From positions 124,001 to 184,453 of the forward strand of contig NGBS01000881.1 in the NCBI GenBank assembly GCA_002245135.1: 60,453 nt of DNA, given 5' to 3'. Below the pieces are notes generated by a model, which was given only the letters and a program-made list of their open reading frames with translations, was not told the DNA's origin and made no database searches. Positions 42,301-55,065 of this stretch are shown here, piece after piece. Source of the stretch: Proteromonas lacertae (lineage: Eukaryota). A program made the position numbers and the translations under genes. Every line of letters starts with the position of its first letter. The stretch's first letter is position 1.

Positions 42301-45300
42301 TGTGAATGATTTGATAATGTTTCAGATGGAAGTAATTGATGTGAATGATTAAATGTTTCAGAATGAAGTGGTTGGAGTATTTCTTCATTTAAATTCATCA
42401 ATTCTTTTGGATTATCATATAATTCTGTGGATTTGTGATAAGAATGTTTTGATGATATTTCAGAGTGAGGTGATTCTTGATTTGAATTATGAGAATTATT
42501 AGATGAATGATTTGAATGATGTGAATGTTGTGAATGTTGTGAATGATTTGATAATGTTTCAGATGGAAGTGGTTGGAGTATTTCTTCATTTAAATTCATC
42601 AATTCTTTTGGATTATCATATAATTCTGTGGATTTGTGATAAGAATGTTTTGATGATATTTCAGAGTGAGGTGATTCTTGATTTGAATTATGAGAATTAT
42701 TAGATGAATGATTTGAATGATGTGAATGTTGTGAATGTTGTGAATGATTTGATAATGTTTCAGATGGAAGTGGTTGGAGTATTTCTTCATTTAAATTCAT
42801 CAATTCTTTTGGATTATCATATAATTCTGTGGATTTGTGATAAGAATGTTTTGATGATATTTCAGAGTGAGGTGATTCTTGATTTGAATTATGAGAATTA
42901 TTAGATGAATGATGTGAATGATTTGAATGATGTGAATGTTGTGAATGTTGTGAATGATTTGATAATGTTTCAGATGGAAGTAATTGATGTGAATGATTAA
43001 ATGTTTCAGAATGAAGTGGTTGGAGTATTTCTTCATTTAAATTCATCAATTCTTTTGGATTATCATATAATTCTGTGGATTTGTGATAAGAATGTTTTGA
43101 TGATATTTCAGAGTGAGGTGATTCTTGATTTGAATTATGAGAATTATTAGATGAATGATTTGAATGATGTGAATGTTGTGAATGTTGTGAATGATTTGAT
43201 AATGTTTCAGATGGAAGTGATTGAGGAATTTCTTCATTTAAATTCATCAATTCTTTTGGATTATCATATAATTCTGTGGATTTGTGATAAGAATGTTTTG
43301 ATGATATTTCAGAGTGAGGTGATTCTTGATTTGAATTATGAGAATTATTAGATGAATGATTTGAATGATGTGAATGTTGTGAATGTTGTGAATGATTTGA
43401 TAATGTTTCAGATGGAAGTGATTGGAGTATTTCTTCATTTAAATTCATCAATTCTTTTGGATTATCATATAATTCTGTGGATTTGTGATAAGAATGTTTT
43501 GATGATATTTCAGAGTGAGGTGATTCTTGATTTGAATTATGAGAATTATTAGATGAATGATGTGAATGATTTGAATGATGTGAATGATGTGAATGTTGTG
43601 AATGATTTGATAATGTTTCAGATGGAAGTAATTGATGTGAATGATTAAATGTTTCAGAATGAAGTGGTTGGAGTATTTCTTCATTTAAATTCATCAATTC
43701 TTTTGGATTATCATATAATTCTGTGGATTTGTGATAAGAATGTTTTGATGATATTTCAGAGTGAGGTGATTCTTGATTTGAATTATGAGAATTATTAGAT
43801 GAATGATTTGAATGATGTGAATGTTGTGAATGTTGTGAATGATTTGATAATGTTTCAGATGGAAGTAATTGATGTGAATGATTAAATGTTTCAGAATGAA
43901 GTGGTTGGAGTATTTCTTCATTTAAATTCATCAATTCTTTTGGATTATCATATAATTCTGTGGATTTGTGATAAGAATGTTTTGATGATATTTCAGAGTG
44001 AGGTGATTCTTGATTTGAATTATGAGAATTATTAGATGAATGATTTGAATGATGTGAATGTTGTGAATGTTGTGAATGATTTGATAATGTTTCAGATGGA
44101 AGTGGTTGGAGTATTTCTTCATTTAAATTCATCAATTCTTTTGGATTATCATATAATTCTGTGGATTTGTGATAAGAATGTTTTGATGATATTTCAGAGT
44201 GAGGTGATTCTTGATTTGAATTATGAGAATTATTAGATGAATGATTTGAATGATGTGAATGTTGTGAATGTTGTGAATGATTTGATAATGTTTCAGATGG
44301 AAGTGGTTGGAGTATTTCTTCATTTAAATTCATCAATTCTTTTGGATTATCATATAATTCTGTGGATTTGTGATAAGAATGTTTTGATGATATTTCAGAG
44401 TGAGGTGATTCTTGATTTGAATTATGAGAATTATTAGATGAATGATGTGAATGATTTGAATGATGTGAATGTTGTGAATGTTGTGAATGATTTGATAATG
44501 TTTCAGATGGAAGTAATTGATGTGAATGATTAAATGTTTCAGAATGAAGTGGTTGGAGTATTTCTTCATTTAAATTCATCAATTCTTTTGGATTATCATA
44601 TAATTCTGTGGATTTGTGATAAGAATGTTTTGATGATATTTCAGAGTGAGGTGATTCTTGATTTGAATTATGAGAATTATTAGATGAATGATTTGAATGA
44701 TGTGAATGTTGTGAATGTTGTGAATGATTTGATAATGTTTCAGATGGAAGTGGTTGGAGTATTTCTTCATTTAAATTCATCAATTCTTTTGGATTATCAT
44801 ATAATTCTGTGGATTTGTGATAAGAATGTTTTGATGATATTTCAGAGTGAGGTGATTCTTGATTTGAATTATGAGAATTATTAGATGAATGATGTGAATG
44901 ATTTGAATGATGTGAATGTTGTGAATGTTGTGAATGATTTGATAATGTTTCAGATGGAAGTAATTGATGTGAATGATTAAATGTTTCAGAATGAAGTGGT
45001 TGGAGTATTTCTTCATTTAAATTCATCAATTCTTTTGGATTATCATATAATTCTGTGGATTTGTGATAAGAATGTTTTGATGATATTTCAGAGTGAGGTG
45101 ATTCTTGATTTGAATTATGAGAATTATTAGATGAATGATTTGAATGATGTGAATGTTGTGAATGTTGTGAATGATTTGATAATGTTTCAGATGGAAGTGG
45201 TTGGAGTATTTCTTCATTTAAATTCATCAATTCTTTTGGATTATCATATAATTCTGTGGATTTGTGATAAGAATGTTTTGATGATATTTCAGAGTGAGGT

Positions 45301-48300
45301 GATTCTTGATTTGAATTATGAGAATTATTAGATGAATGATGTGAATGATTTGAATGATGTGAATGTTGTGAATGTTGTGAATGATTTGATAATGTTTCAG
45401 ATGGAAGTAATTGATGTGAATGATTAAATGTTTCAGAATGAAGTGGTTGGAGTATTTCTTCATTTAAATTCATCAATTCTTTTGGATTATCATATAATTC
45501 TGTGGATTTGTGATAAGAATGTTTTGATGATATTTCAGAGTGAGGTGATTCTTGATTTGAATTATGAGAATTATTAGATGAATGATGTGAATGATTTGAA
45601 TGATGTGAATGTTGTGAATGTTGTGAATGATTTGATAATGTTTCAGATGGAAGTGGTTGGAGTATTTCTTCATTTAAATTCATCAATTCTTTTGGATTAT
45701 CATATAATTCTGTGGATTTGTGATAAGAATGTTTTGATGATATTTCAGAGTGAGGTGATTCTTGATTTGAATTATGAGAATTATTAGATGAATGATGTGA
45801 ATGATTTGAATGATGTGAATGTTGTGAATGTTGTGAATGATTTGATAATGTTTCAGATGGAAGTAATTGATGTGAATGATTAAATGTTTCAGAATGAAGT
45901 GGTTGGAGTATTTCTTCATTTAAATTCATCAATTCTTTTGGATTATCATATAATTCTGTGGATTTGTGATAAGAATGTTTTGATGATATTTCAGAGTGAG
46001 GTGATTCTTGATTTGAATTATGAGAATTATTAGATGAATGATTTGAATGATGTGAATGTTGTGAATGTTGTGAATGATTTGATAATGTTTCAGATGGAAG
46101 TGATTGAGGAATTTCTTCATTTAAATTCATCAATTCTTTTGGATTATCATATAATTCTGTGGATTTGTGATAAGAATGTTTTGATGATATTTCAGAGTGA
46201 GGTGATTCTTGATTTGAATTATGAGAATTATTAGATGAATGATGTGAATGATTTGAATGATGTGAATGATGTGAATGTTGTGAATGATTTGATAATGTTT
46301 CAGATGGAAGTGATTGAGGAATTTCTTCATTTAAATTCATCAATTCTTTTGGATTATCATATAATTCTGTAGATTTGTGATAAGAATGTTTTGATGATAT
46401 TTCAGAGTGAGGTGATTCTTGATTTGAATTATGAGAATTATTAGATGAATGATGTGAATGATTTGAATGATGTGAATGTTGTGAATGTTGTGAATGATTT
46501 GATAATGTTTCAGATGGAAGTGATTGGAGTATTTCTTCATTTAAATTCATCAATTCTTTTGGATTATCATATAATTCTGTGGATTTGTGATAAGAATGTT
46601 TTGATGATATTTCAGAGTGAGGTGATTCTTGATTTGAATTATGAGAATTATTAGATGAATGATGTGAATGATTTGAATGATGTGAATGATGTGAATGTTG
46701 TGAATGATTTGATAATGTTTCAGATGGAAGTAATTGATGTGAATGATTAAATGTTTCAGAATGAAGTGGTTGGAGTATTTCTTCATTTAAATTCATCAAT
46801 TCTTTTGGATTATCATATAATTCTGTGGATTTGTGATAAGAATGTTTTGATGATATTTCAGAGTGAGGTGATTCTTGATTTGAATTATGAGAATTATTAG
46901 ATGAATGATTTGAATGATGTGAATGTTGTGAATGTTGTGAATGATTTGATAATGTTTCAGATGGAAGTAATTGATGTGAATGATTAAATGTTTCAGAATG
47001 AAGTGGTTGGAGTATTTCTTCATTTAAATTCATCAATTCTTTTGGATTATCATATAATTCTGTGGATTTGTGATAAGAATGTTTTGATGATATTTCAGAG
47101 TGAGGTGATTCTTGATTTGAATTATGAGAATTATTAGATGAATGATTTGAATGATGTGAATGTTGTGAATGTTGTGAATGATTTGATAATGTTTCAGATG
47201 GAAGTGGTTGGAGTATTTCTTCATTTAAATTCATCAATTCTTTTGGATTATCATATAATTCTGTGGATTTGTGATAAGAATGTTTTGATGATATTTCAGA
47301 GTGAGGTGATTCTTGATTTGAATTATGAGAATTATTAGATGAATGATTTGAATGATGTGAATGTTGTGAATGTTGTGAATGATTTGATAATGTTTCAGAT
47401 GGAAGTGGTTGGAGTATTTCTTCATTTAAATTCATCAATTCTTTTGGATTATCATATAATTCTGTGGATTTGTGATAAGAATGTTTTGATGATATTTCAG
47501 AGTGAGGTGATTCTTGATTTGAATTATGAGAATTATTAGATGAATGATGTGAATGATTTGAATGATGTGAATGTTGTGAATGTTGTGAATGATTTGATAA
47601 TGTTTCAGATGGAAGTAATTGATGTGAATGATTAAATGTTTCAGAATGAAGTGGTTGGAGTATTTCTTCATTTAAATTCATCAATTCTTTTGGATTATCA
47701 TATATTTGTGATGATTGTGATAAGAATGTCTTAATGATATTTCAGAGTGAGGTGATTCTTGATTTGAATTATGAGAATTATTAGATGAATGATGTGAATG
47801 ATTTGAATGATGTGAATGATGTGAATGTTGTGAATGATTTGATAATGTTTCAGATGGAAGTAATTGATGTGAATGATTAAATGTTTCAGAATGAAGTGGT
47901 TGGAGTATTTCTTCATTTAAATTCATCAATTCTTTTGGATTATCATATAATTCTGTGGATTTGTGATAAGAATGTTTTGATGATATTTCAGAGTGAGGTG
48001 ATTCTTGATTTGAATTATGAGAATTATTAGATGAATGATGTGAATGATGTGAATGATGTGAATGATGTGAATGTTGTGAATGATTTGATAATGTTTCAGA
48101 TGGAAGTAATTGATGTGAATGATTAAATGTTTCAGAATGAAGTGGTTGGAGTATTTCTTCATTTAAATTCATCAATTCTTTTGGATTATCATATAATTCT
48201 GTGGATTTGTGATAAGAATGTTTTGATGATATTTCAGAATGAGGTGGTTCTTGAAATAATTGTCTAGGTTCATTTTTAATTAAATCTGTATTCATTATAT

Positions 48301-48556
48301 TTGATATAGTAGATTTATTCTCACAGAATTCTTTATCATTAACTACTATGGCTTCTGTATCAATTGACCCATTTGCAACTGTAGATAATCTTTTTTGTTT
48401 AGCATTCTTCACTTCAATTTCTTTATTATATACTAAAATGAGATTTTTGTTTCTAATCGTTGAACAATCAGTTTCTGAACAGCTGTTGCTAAATTGTTTG
48501 CAGTGTTCATGTGTTATCCACGAAAATATATTGTCAGGGACAATTTCACTATTCAT
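36366..48556 (-). CDS. ~4,060-aa His/Ser/Asn-rich tandem-repeat protein with a C-terminal GAF domain and coiled coil
   Basis: ORFs 47681..48556 and 36366..47684 join across a 1-nt deletion at ~47715. GAF signature: GILLLYD...NGIIRDVIHYGE...FMPVHYHQRIIGLIYCFSK...FNQRNIDYL. Confidence 0.8.
38740..48250 (-). repeat. Coding minisatellite, ~43 units of 201/210/237/246 bp
   Basis: Unit spacing read from recurring frames; near-identical units. Confidence 0.98.
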
Positions 48557-48707
48557 TTATTGATTTTTAAAAATTATGTAACGGATTAAAATATTGAAAT
48601 TGTAGTTTTTAAAACAACTCAATATATTTTTCTTACTAACACAATAGAACAAATAGTAATAAAAAAAAGTCAATAAGACAAAATACATAACGATCACAAA
48701 ATTATAC

Positions 48708-49373
48708 TTATTTTTTTTCTTTCTTTTTAAAGAGTAATGAAAATTTTGTTTCTTCTCCTGGAGGTTTATTCGCTTGAGAAGAAACAAAAACATTCCATAC
48801 AGCTCCTGCTATACTATTAGCTATTGCTCTATTTTGAGGTTGCAAATAAATATTACTAACTATTTATCAATATATAAATATGCTTATACAAAAAGAAATA
48901 ACTGGCCAATAAAACATTCCTACTAACCAAGTAGGTATTACATCCTTTTTTACTTTTTCCTATCATAAAGAATAATTTGCATTTATACATATGCTACATT
49001 GAGTGAAGGAACTTTTAATAACGATATGGCAGTAAATGTTACAGCCATTACAGCAGGAGAATATAATATTTGTAGTATCATCCTTTTACTAGCATTCTAT
49101 TGATAATTGATAATTATTATGAATTATACAATGATCTGCTTGCCTGGTAGATATTTTTCTGTAATCATGAAACAAAAGTGATTTAAAGGTCCAGATATAA
49201 AAAACCCTACTATTCCCATCCTTAATATTCGATGTACATCTCTTTAGTAATTATATAAAATAATTAATATACATGTTCTTATATTCTATATATTGACAAG
49301 CAATATCTCCAACTACCATTGAAGCACTAGAAACTATCGCATTTGTTAAATATTGATGAATCTTAGGATGCAT
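48708..49373 (-). CDS. Mpv17/PMP22 family membrane protein (four short introns; not in the ORF track)
   Basis: Spliced translation: LTNAIVSSASMVVGDIACQ...RILRMGIVGFFISGPLNH...KRMILQILYSP...FYWP...NIYLQPQNR...AGAVWNVFVS. Confidence 0.88.
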
Positions 49374-49609
49374 TCACTTCTAAATGAGTAAATACAGCAT
49401 GAAATTAAAAACAATTTTCTATATTTCAAATCAGAATCAAACCTCAATGAATTTAAATTTGATGAATTGTTGTTTTATTCATCATTAAGTGTGTTTCATA
49501 TGATTTAATTTTGTGTATTCATTGCTTTTTATTATTACTTCATTATTAATTCATCATTTCTGTTTCATCATTTTTGAAACGGTTATATATTTAATTTCAT
49601 TTTGGAATA

Positions 49610-50087
49610 ATGTCCAAATTTAGTAAACTCGATATTGAAGATCTTAGAAAAACAATAGATCAATTCACCAAAGAAAGAGATTGGGAAAAAGTATATAATT
49701 TTGTTTTAAGTATCGAAATTAGTATCATAAACCTCGTAGTCTTGCATTAGCGCTTGTATTGCATTTGTGTATATTTTAGGTTGGTGAAGTAGGAGAGCTT
49801 TGTGAAATATTTCAATGGCGAGAAGATAATAACGAAGAGATGACTGAAGAGGAATATAGACATACAGGTGAAGAAATTTCCGATGTTCTTATCTATTTAA
49901 TAGAAATTGCAAGTATTTATATAATAATGAATTGTATTAATTATGTTAGATAAATGCAAAATTGATTTATCAAAAGCTGTTCTAGCTAAACTAGAAAAGA
50001 ATAAGAAAAAATACCCTGCAAAGTTAGTATAGTATTATTATATGCATATGTAAATAGGTGTTTGGTAAATCTAAAAAATATACTTAA
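49610..50087 (+). CDS. DCTPP1: dCTP pyrophosphatase 1-like (MazG-like all-alpha NTP-PPase), four introns; possible extension to 50288
   Basis: FTKERDWEKYHKPRSLALALVGEVGELCEIFQW...GEEISDVLIYL...KNKKKYP...GKSKKYT. Confidence 0.9.
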
Positions 50088-50469
50088 TATGGTATTGTAG
50101 ATGATATGTCAACAAAATCATCATCAAATCCAACTCCTATTAGTAATAATAAAGAAGAAATTAGTAAAAAGAAAGATTTACCAATGAAAATATATCTGCT
50201 CTCAATCATTCCTCTTATCTTAGTAATATTAATTAATTTATTTGCTGGTTTTGACATATTAAAACAAATTAAGAAATTGAATCTATAAATCTGTTTTTCT
50301 TGTAACAAAGATAAATTTAATATTATGCGTATAAAATAAAGAATTGAATGTGTGAATTTAGTGTATACTGAATCTATAAGATTTTATCTAGATTCTTATT
50401 TTTATTCGTTCAAAACACAAAAACAGAACCTTGTAGATTCAAATCATTTTCATAATTCAAGGATTTAAT

Positions 50470-52272
50470 ATGTCTACTCAAAATAACGATAATAGTAGTG
50501 TAATTGTTAATGTCACAGAAGCAGCTAATCAGGATATTAATAAAGAAACTAGAGAAAGCGAAATCAAAGATGTAAAAGAGCTAAGAAAATCAGGATTTGT
50601 TATACAGTCAATGGAAGCAGAAATACCTGATAAGCCAGAAGTGGTAAAACCTAAATGGTACAGAGTGAGTAAAGTGATGATTAACATTGTTATGTTGTTA
50701 GCATTATTATATGGATTTTTAGTGGGGTTATCATTATTAGCTGATGCTTTCAGAGTTGCTGCAGGTAAAGGAGCCGCATCTTTGTTTAGTTTTTGTGATA
50801 ATCCAATTACAGGGCTAATAATTGGTGTATTAAGTACTGTATTATTCCAATCATCATCTACAACTACATCAATAATAGTAAGTTTGGTTGCTGCAAACGC
50901 ACTAACAGTAGGTCAAGCAATATATTTAGTGATGGGAGCAAATATTGGAACTTCAATCACTAACACAATAGTAGCAATAGGTCAAATAAAAACTGGTAAA
51001 GAATTTAGACGTGCATTTAGTGGAGCTACAGTTCATGATTTCTTTAACATATTATGTGTATTAGTTTTCATGCCAATTGAATGGATTTGGAGTGCTTTTA
51101 ATAGTGAAAAATGTGGTATGATTTGTTCATTTACTGGTTTAATAACTGAGCCATTATCTAAATTAGGTGGTGCTGAATTTACATCTCCAATAGATTATAT
51201 AGTAAAACCATTAACAAAGGAAATAATTTCAGTAAATAAGAAAGCCTATCAAGCATGGTCATATGGTTGTAGTAGTAAATCTGCTCACTGTGATTTTAAT
51301 TATAGTGGTATAGCAAATCATACTGTTGATTATGGATGTTGGAATGATAAAGGAAATATATGTATGAATGCAGATGAATGGCATAGTAAATATGATGAAT
51401 TGTCTATTATAAGTAGTTGTTGGTTAAAAGATAGTTGGCATTTTAATGATGTATGGTCTGGAATTGTTTTATTAGCATTATCTTTATTTATCTTGTGTGG
51501 TTGTTTAGTTGGAATGGTAAAAGTATTACATGCTTTAATATTAGGTAAAGCAGAAAAATATTTAAAGAAAGCATTCCACATGAATGGATATCTAGCATTA
51601 TTAATTGGATGTTTAGTAACCGTATTAGTACAAAGTAGTTCTGTAGTAACCAGTACATTAACTCCATTAGTTGGTATTGGTGTATTGCCATTACATCAAA
51701 TGTTTGCTATGACATTAGGTTCTAATATTGGTACTACAACTACATCATTACTAGCTTCATTAGCTACTGGTAATATTCATTCACTTCAAATTGCACTATG
51801 TCATTTCTTCTTCAATGTGTTTGGAGTTGTGTTATGGTATCCTGTTCCTCAAATGAGAAGAATTCCATTGAGTTGTGCTACTTGGTTAGGTAGAACTGTT
51901 CAAACGTATAGATGGTTTGGGTTTGTTTATATGATTGGAGTATTTGTGGTTATTCCATTACTCTTGTTAGGATTTAGTTTATTATTCACTAATGGTAAAA
52001 CTACTGCTATTATTGGAGGAGTTATGTTAGCATTATTCATTGTCTTGATTATTGGCTTCATGGTGTTTTGGATAAAATTTGGAGGTAAAGAGAAGATAAT
52101 GCCATGGGTTAGAAAAACAGCAGCAAAAGATCATTATGATGGTGAAATTGATGATCCCGAAGAAGAAAAGAAAAATAAAAGTAAAAGCAATGAGAACACA
52201 AGTTTAAATGATTATGGAATAAACAAGATTGAAATTAAACCATCTGAACCTGCTACTGCAATACCTGTATAA
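50470..52272 (+). CDS. Sodium-dependent phosphate cotransporter, SLC34/PNaS family
   Basis: Two QSSS repeats (FQSSSTTTS, VQSSSVVTS), GANIGT and GSNIGTT motifs, GATVHDFFN, QIALCHFFFN; intronless. Confidence 0.96.
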   Translation: MSTQNNDNSSVIVNVTEAANQDINKETRESEIKDVKELRKSGFVIQSMEAEIPDKPEVVKPKWYRVSKVMINIVMLLALLYGFLVGLSLLADAFRVAAGKGAASLFSFCDNPITGLIIGVLSTVLFQSSSTTTSIIVSLVAANALTVGQAIYLVMGANIGTSITNTIVAIGQIKTGKEFRRAFSGATVHDFFNILCVLVFMPIEWIWSAFNSEKCGMICSFTGLITEPLSKLGGAEFTSPIDYIVKPLTKEIISVNKKAYQAWSYGCSSKSAHCDFNYSGIANHTVDYGCWNDKGNICMNADEWHSKYDELSIISSCWLKDSWHFNDVWSGIVLLALSLFILCGCLVGMVKVLHALILGKAEKYLKKAFHMNGYLALLIGCLVTVLVQSSSVVTSTLTPLVGIGVLPLHQMFAMTLGSNIGTTTTSLLASLATGNIHSLQIALCHFFFNVFGVVLWYPVPQMRRIPLSCATWLGRTVQTYRWFGFVYMIGVFVVIPLLLLGFSLLFTNGKTTAIIGGVMLALFIVLIIGFMVFWIKFGGKEKIMPWVRKTAAKDHYDGEIDDPEEEKKNKSKSNENTSLNDYGINKIEIKPSEPATAIPV

Positions 52273-52412
52273 ATTGACTAATATTTATTTCAAATAAGTA
52301 AATAATACTGTTGTTTGTGTGAAATACACTTTTATATAAATACGATTGTATTATCATATACAACCGTTTCAATTAGCATTTGTAACGATTGTTTTTTAAT
52401 TCAATCGATAAA

Positions 52413-54631
52413 ATGCAGTATATAAGTATATCATTTTATTTTAATATGATTAGTGAATAACGAGAGAAAATTAATGGGTTCTAAACCAGGACCTATTCAT
52501 AAACTCTTCAATGAAGACGAAAATAGAACAACTGCTGTATGTAAGATTTGTGGCATATATTTAAATACTACTCACGGTCATATTCTCAAAAGACATTTCA
52601 TGAAATGTTATGAGAAGAATCATAACAAAGATTTGGATCCTTTGATACAAGAAGTGATGGTATCAATCAAAGAAACGCCTTGTAGAAAAAGAAGAAAGAT
52701 TATTAAAGAAGAAACTAATCTGAGTTTATCTGCAACACCATTTTCAAAGAATTTAGTTACATCTACTTCTTCAGAAACTATTCCTATACCAGAATTTATG
52801 CAAATTAATAAAGATGATATATTAAGAGACATGATACTGTTATTGACAAAATTTGACTTAGATAATTCATTTGTAGAAGATCCACTGCTGAATCATTTGT
52901 TTTCATCATTAAATCCCTATTATTCTCCAATAACACGTAGTGCAATAGAAAAAAAGATGGATCAAATGTTTAAGAAGAGCAAAACTAATATAGAAGTAGT
53001 ATTAAAATCTGATATGATCAAGTATTTGTGTATAGAAAGATGGATTAATACAAACTCACAAGAGTTTATATCATTTTATATAGTAATTCCACAATTAGGT
53101 AAGTTGTGTTATAAATCAATAGAAGGTGATAATCTGTATATGTTATTATTATTATATTAGGAATAGAAAAGATAATGAAAAATATACATCATTAATAAAA
53201 AGTGTCATAAATGAAATTAATAGTAAGAAAATAAATGGAATTATTACTGATAATGATATTCTTTTAAATGGAATAAGAAACAGTGTATGTAATGAAAAGA
53301 ATCTATTCTCAATAAAATGTAGTGTTTCACTGTTAAATCAATTACTAATAGAGTTAATAATGAAAACCAATTTATATTCAATACTAGCAGATATAATAAA
53401 ACTGATAAATCATTTCAATAATAATGAGAAAGATTGTAATTTATTGCTAGAAAATATAACTGCACAAGCATTTCTACCTTTTGTAAATCATTGGATAGTA
53501 TTTATTGAACAATTAAAAACAATTAAAAAGAATAAATTAATATTATTTCATATAAAAGAGTCATTATCAAATGATATAAGTGATATTATCAATGATTATC
53601 TCTTTGATACTATTGATAAGAGTTTAATTTATTTAGAACCGTTGTCTATAGCAATTCAAGTCATTGTGAATGATAGTATTAATTTTAGTGATGTATTTGC
53701 TATTTATTTTACACTTTATCAATTATTTAAATCACATGAATATAGTGATAACAAAGATGATATCAAATCATCTATGATGAATCTTCCTGAACTAGAAAGC
53801 AAAATCCCATCGCAAGAACATCAACCAATAACCTATATTATGTATAATAAGATGGTGGAATTAGCAAATATACAGAATGGATTACCACTATTATCATATA
53901 TATTAGACCCAAGGTATTGTGGTTATGGTATTCAATATGAATTAATAAAAGAGAAAATAGAGAATATATTTAGATTATTCTGTAATAGGTATAAAATGAC
54001 AGAAGAAGAACTGAGTGAAGTATTAAATGAATATTATAATTATATTGATAATAAACCGAATTATAATAGAAGTAAATATTTAGAAGATCCTATTAAGTGG
54101 TGGGAAAGTAGAAAAACTACAGAATTACCACAAAAGAGATTACAATTAATTGTATTAGACATATTATCAACTCCACCACATCAAATCCATTTAAATAGAT
54201 TCTTTACTGTTTCATTGAATATACCAAAGTATAATAAAACTGAAATGAATGGTGATGTATTTGCTAATTACATGAAGCTAAACAGTGCAATTGAAATAAA
54301 ACAATATACAAAGAGAAAGTGTTATTATAACTTTAGAGAGTACAAAAAGAATCAAAGGTCAATTAGTAATGAAGGCAGTTGTGATATTTGCCCATCTGAA
54401 TTATCTAGTGATTATTGTATTGAAATAAATAATGATGATATATTTAAATCTGATGGTGTTATAAACCAGTTTATGAAATTATTATTGTTAGAATCTGTTA
54501 ATCAAATACCATCTATAAACTGTCCAGGAGTAATTAAGTTGTTTTCTGAATCAAGTGAAATAACTTTAAAATGTGATATTCCTTTATCACAGCCAAAGAA
54601 TGATTACTCAACAGTATTTCCAAATATGTGA
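52413..54631 (+). CDS. BED zinc finger + hAT transposase-derived protein, probably catalytically inactive; may have further exons to ~55035
   Basis: AVCKIC...LKRHFMKC (BED), IITDN, YILDPRY, DPIKWW (hAT C-terminal region). Introns ~52426-52453 and 53136-53160. Confidence 0.8.
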
Positions 54632-55065
54632 TTAATATAACATTAATAATTATATTATGTCTATGATTAGTAATATTAATTTCTTTAGATTGTCATAAAT
54701 CAAATAAAATTCACATAAATTCACATCATCAATAATGTTGATATTTCAATAAATATATCCGTTACATTAATTTTAAATGTTTTGTTTATTCCATATTAGT
54801 TTTGTTGATAATGTAAATATGTTGATATTATTATTTTAAGGCAATAGCTCTACTGTTACATTATCTTTAATTTCATTCATTAATCTAAGTACAAGAAATG
54901 TGTAAAAGAAAGAATGAAGGTTGTTGATTATGAATCTGAAATATTAGGTTATTTAAATATATTAATAACAATATGTGAGATTTATTTCGTTCAATCGCCT
55001 GAAGCTTTAAATTGGAGTGATTATATAAAGGAATAATAAAAAGCAGAAACAAATAAATTAGTGTT

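Noticed and set aside
38740..48250. CRISPR-like array, or dozens of small genes (MKKYSNH..., MNDLNDV...)
   Set aside because: No unique spacers and no cas genes. The small ORFs are alternative frames of one coding repeat.
52270..52325. Blastocystis-type stop codons created by polyadenylation (TGTTTGTT motif)
   Set aside because: Only a loose TGTTGTTTGTGT match is present, and the genes examined have genome-encoded stops.
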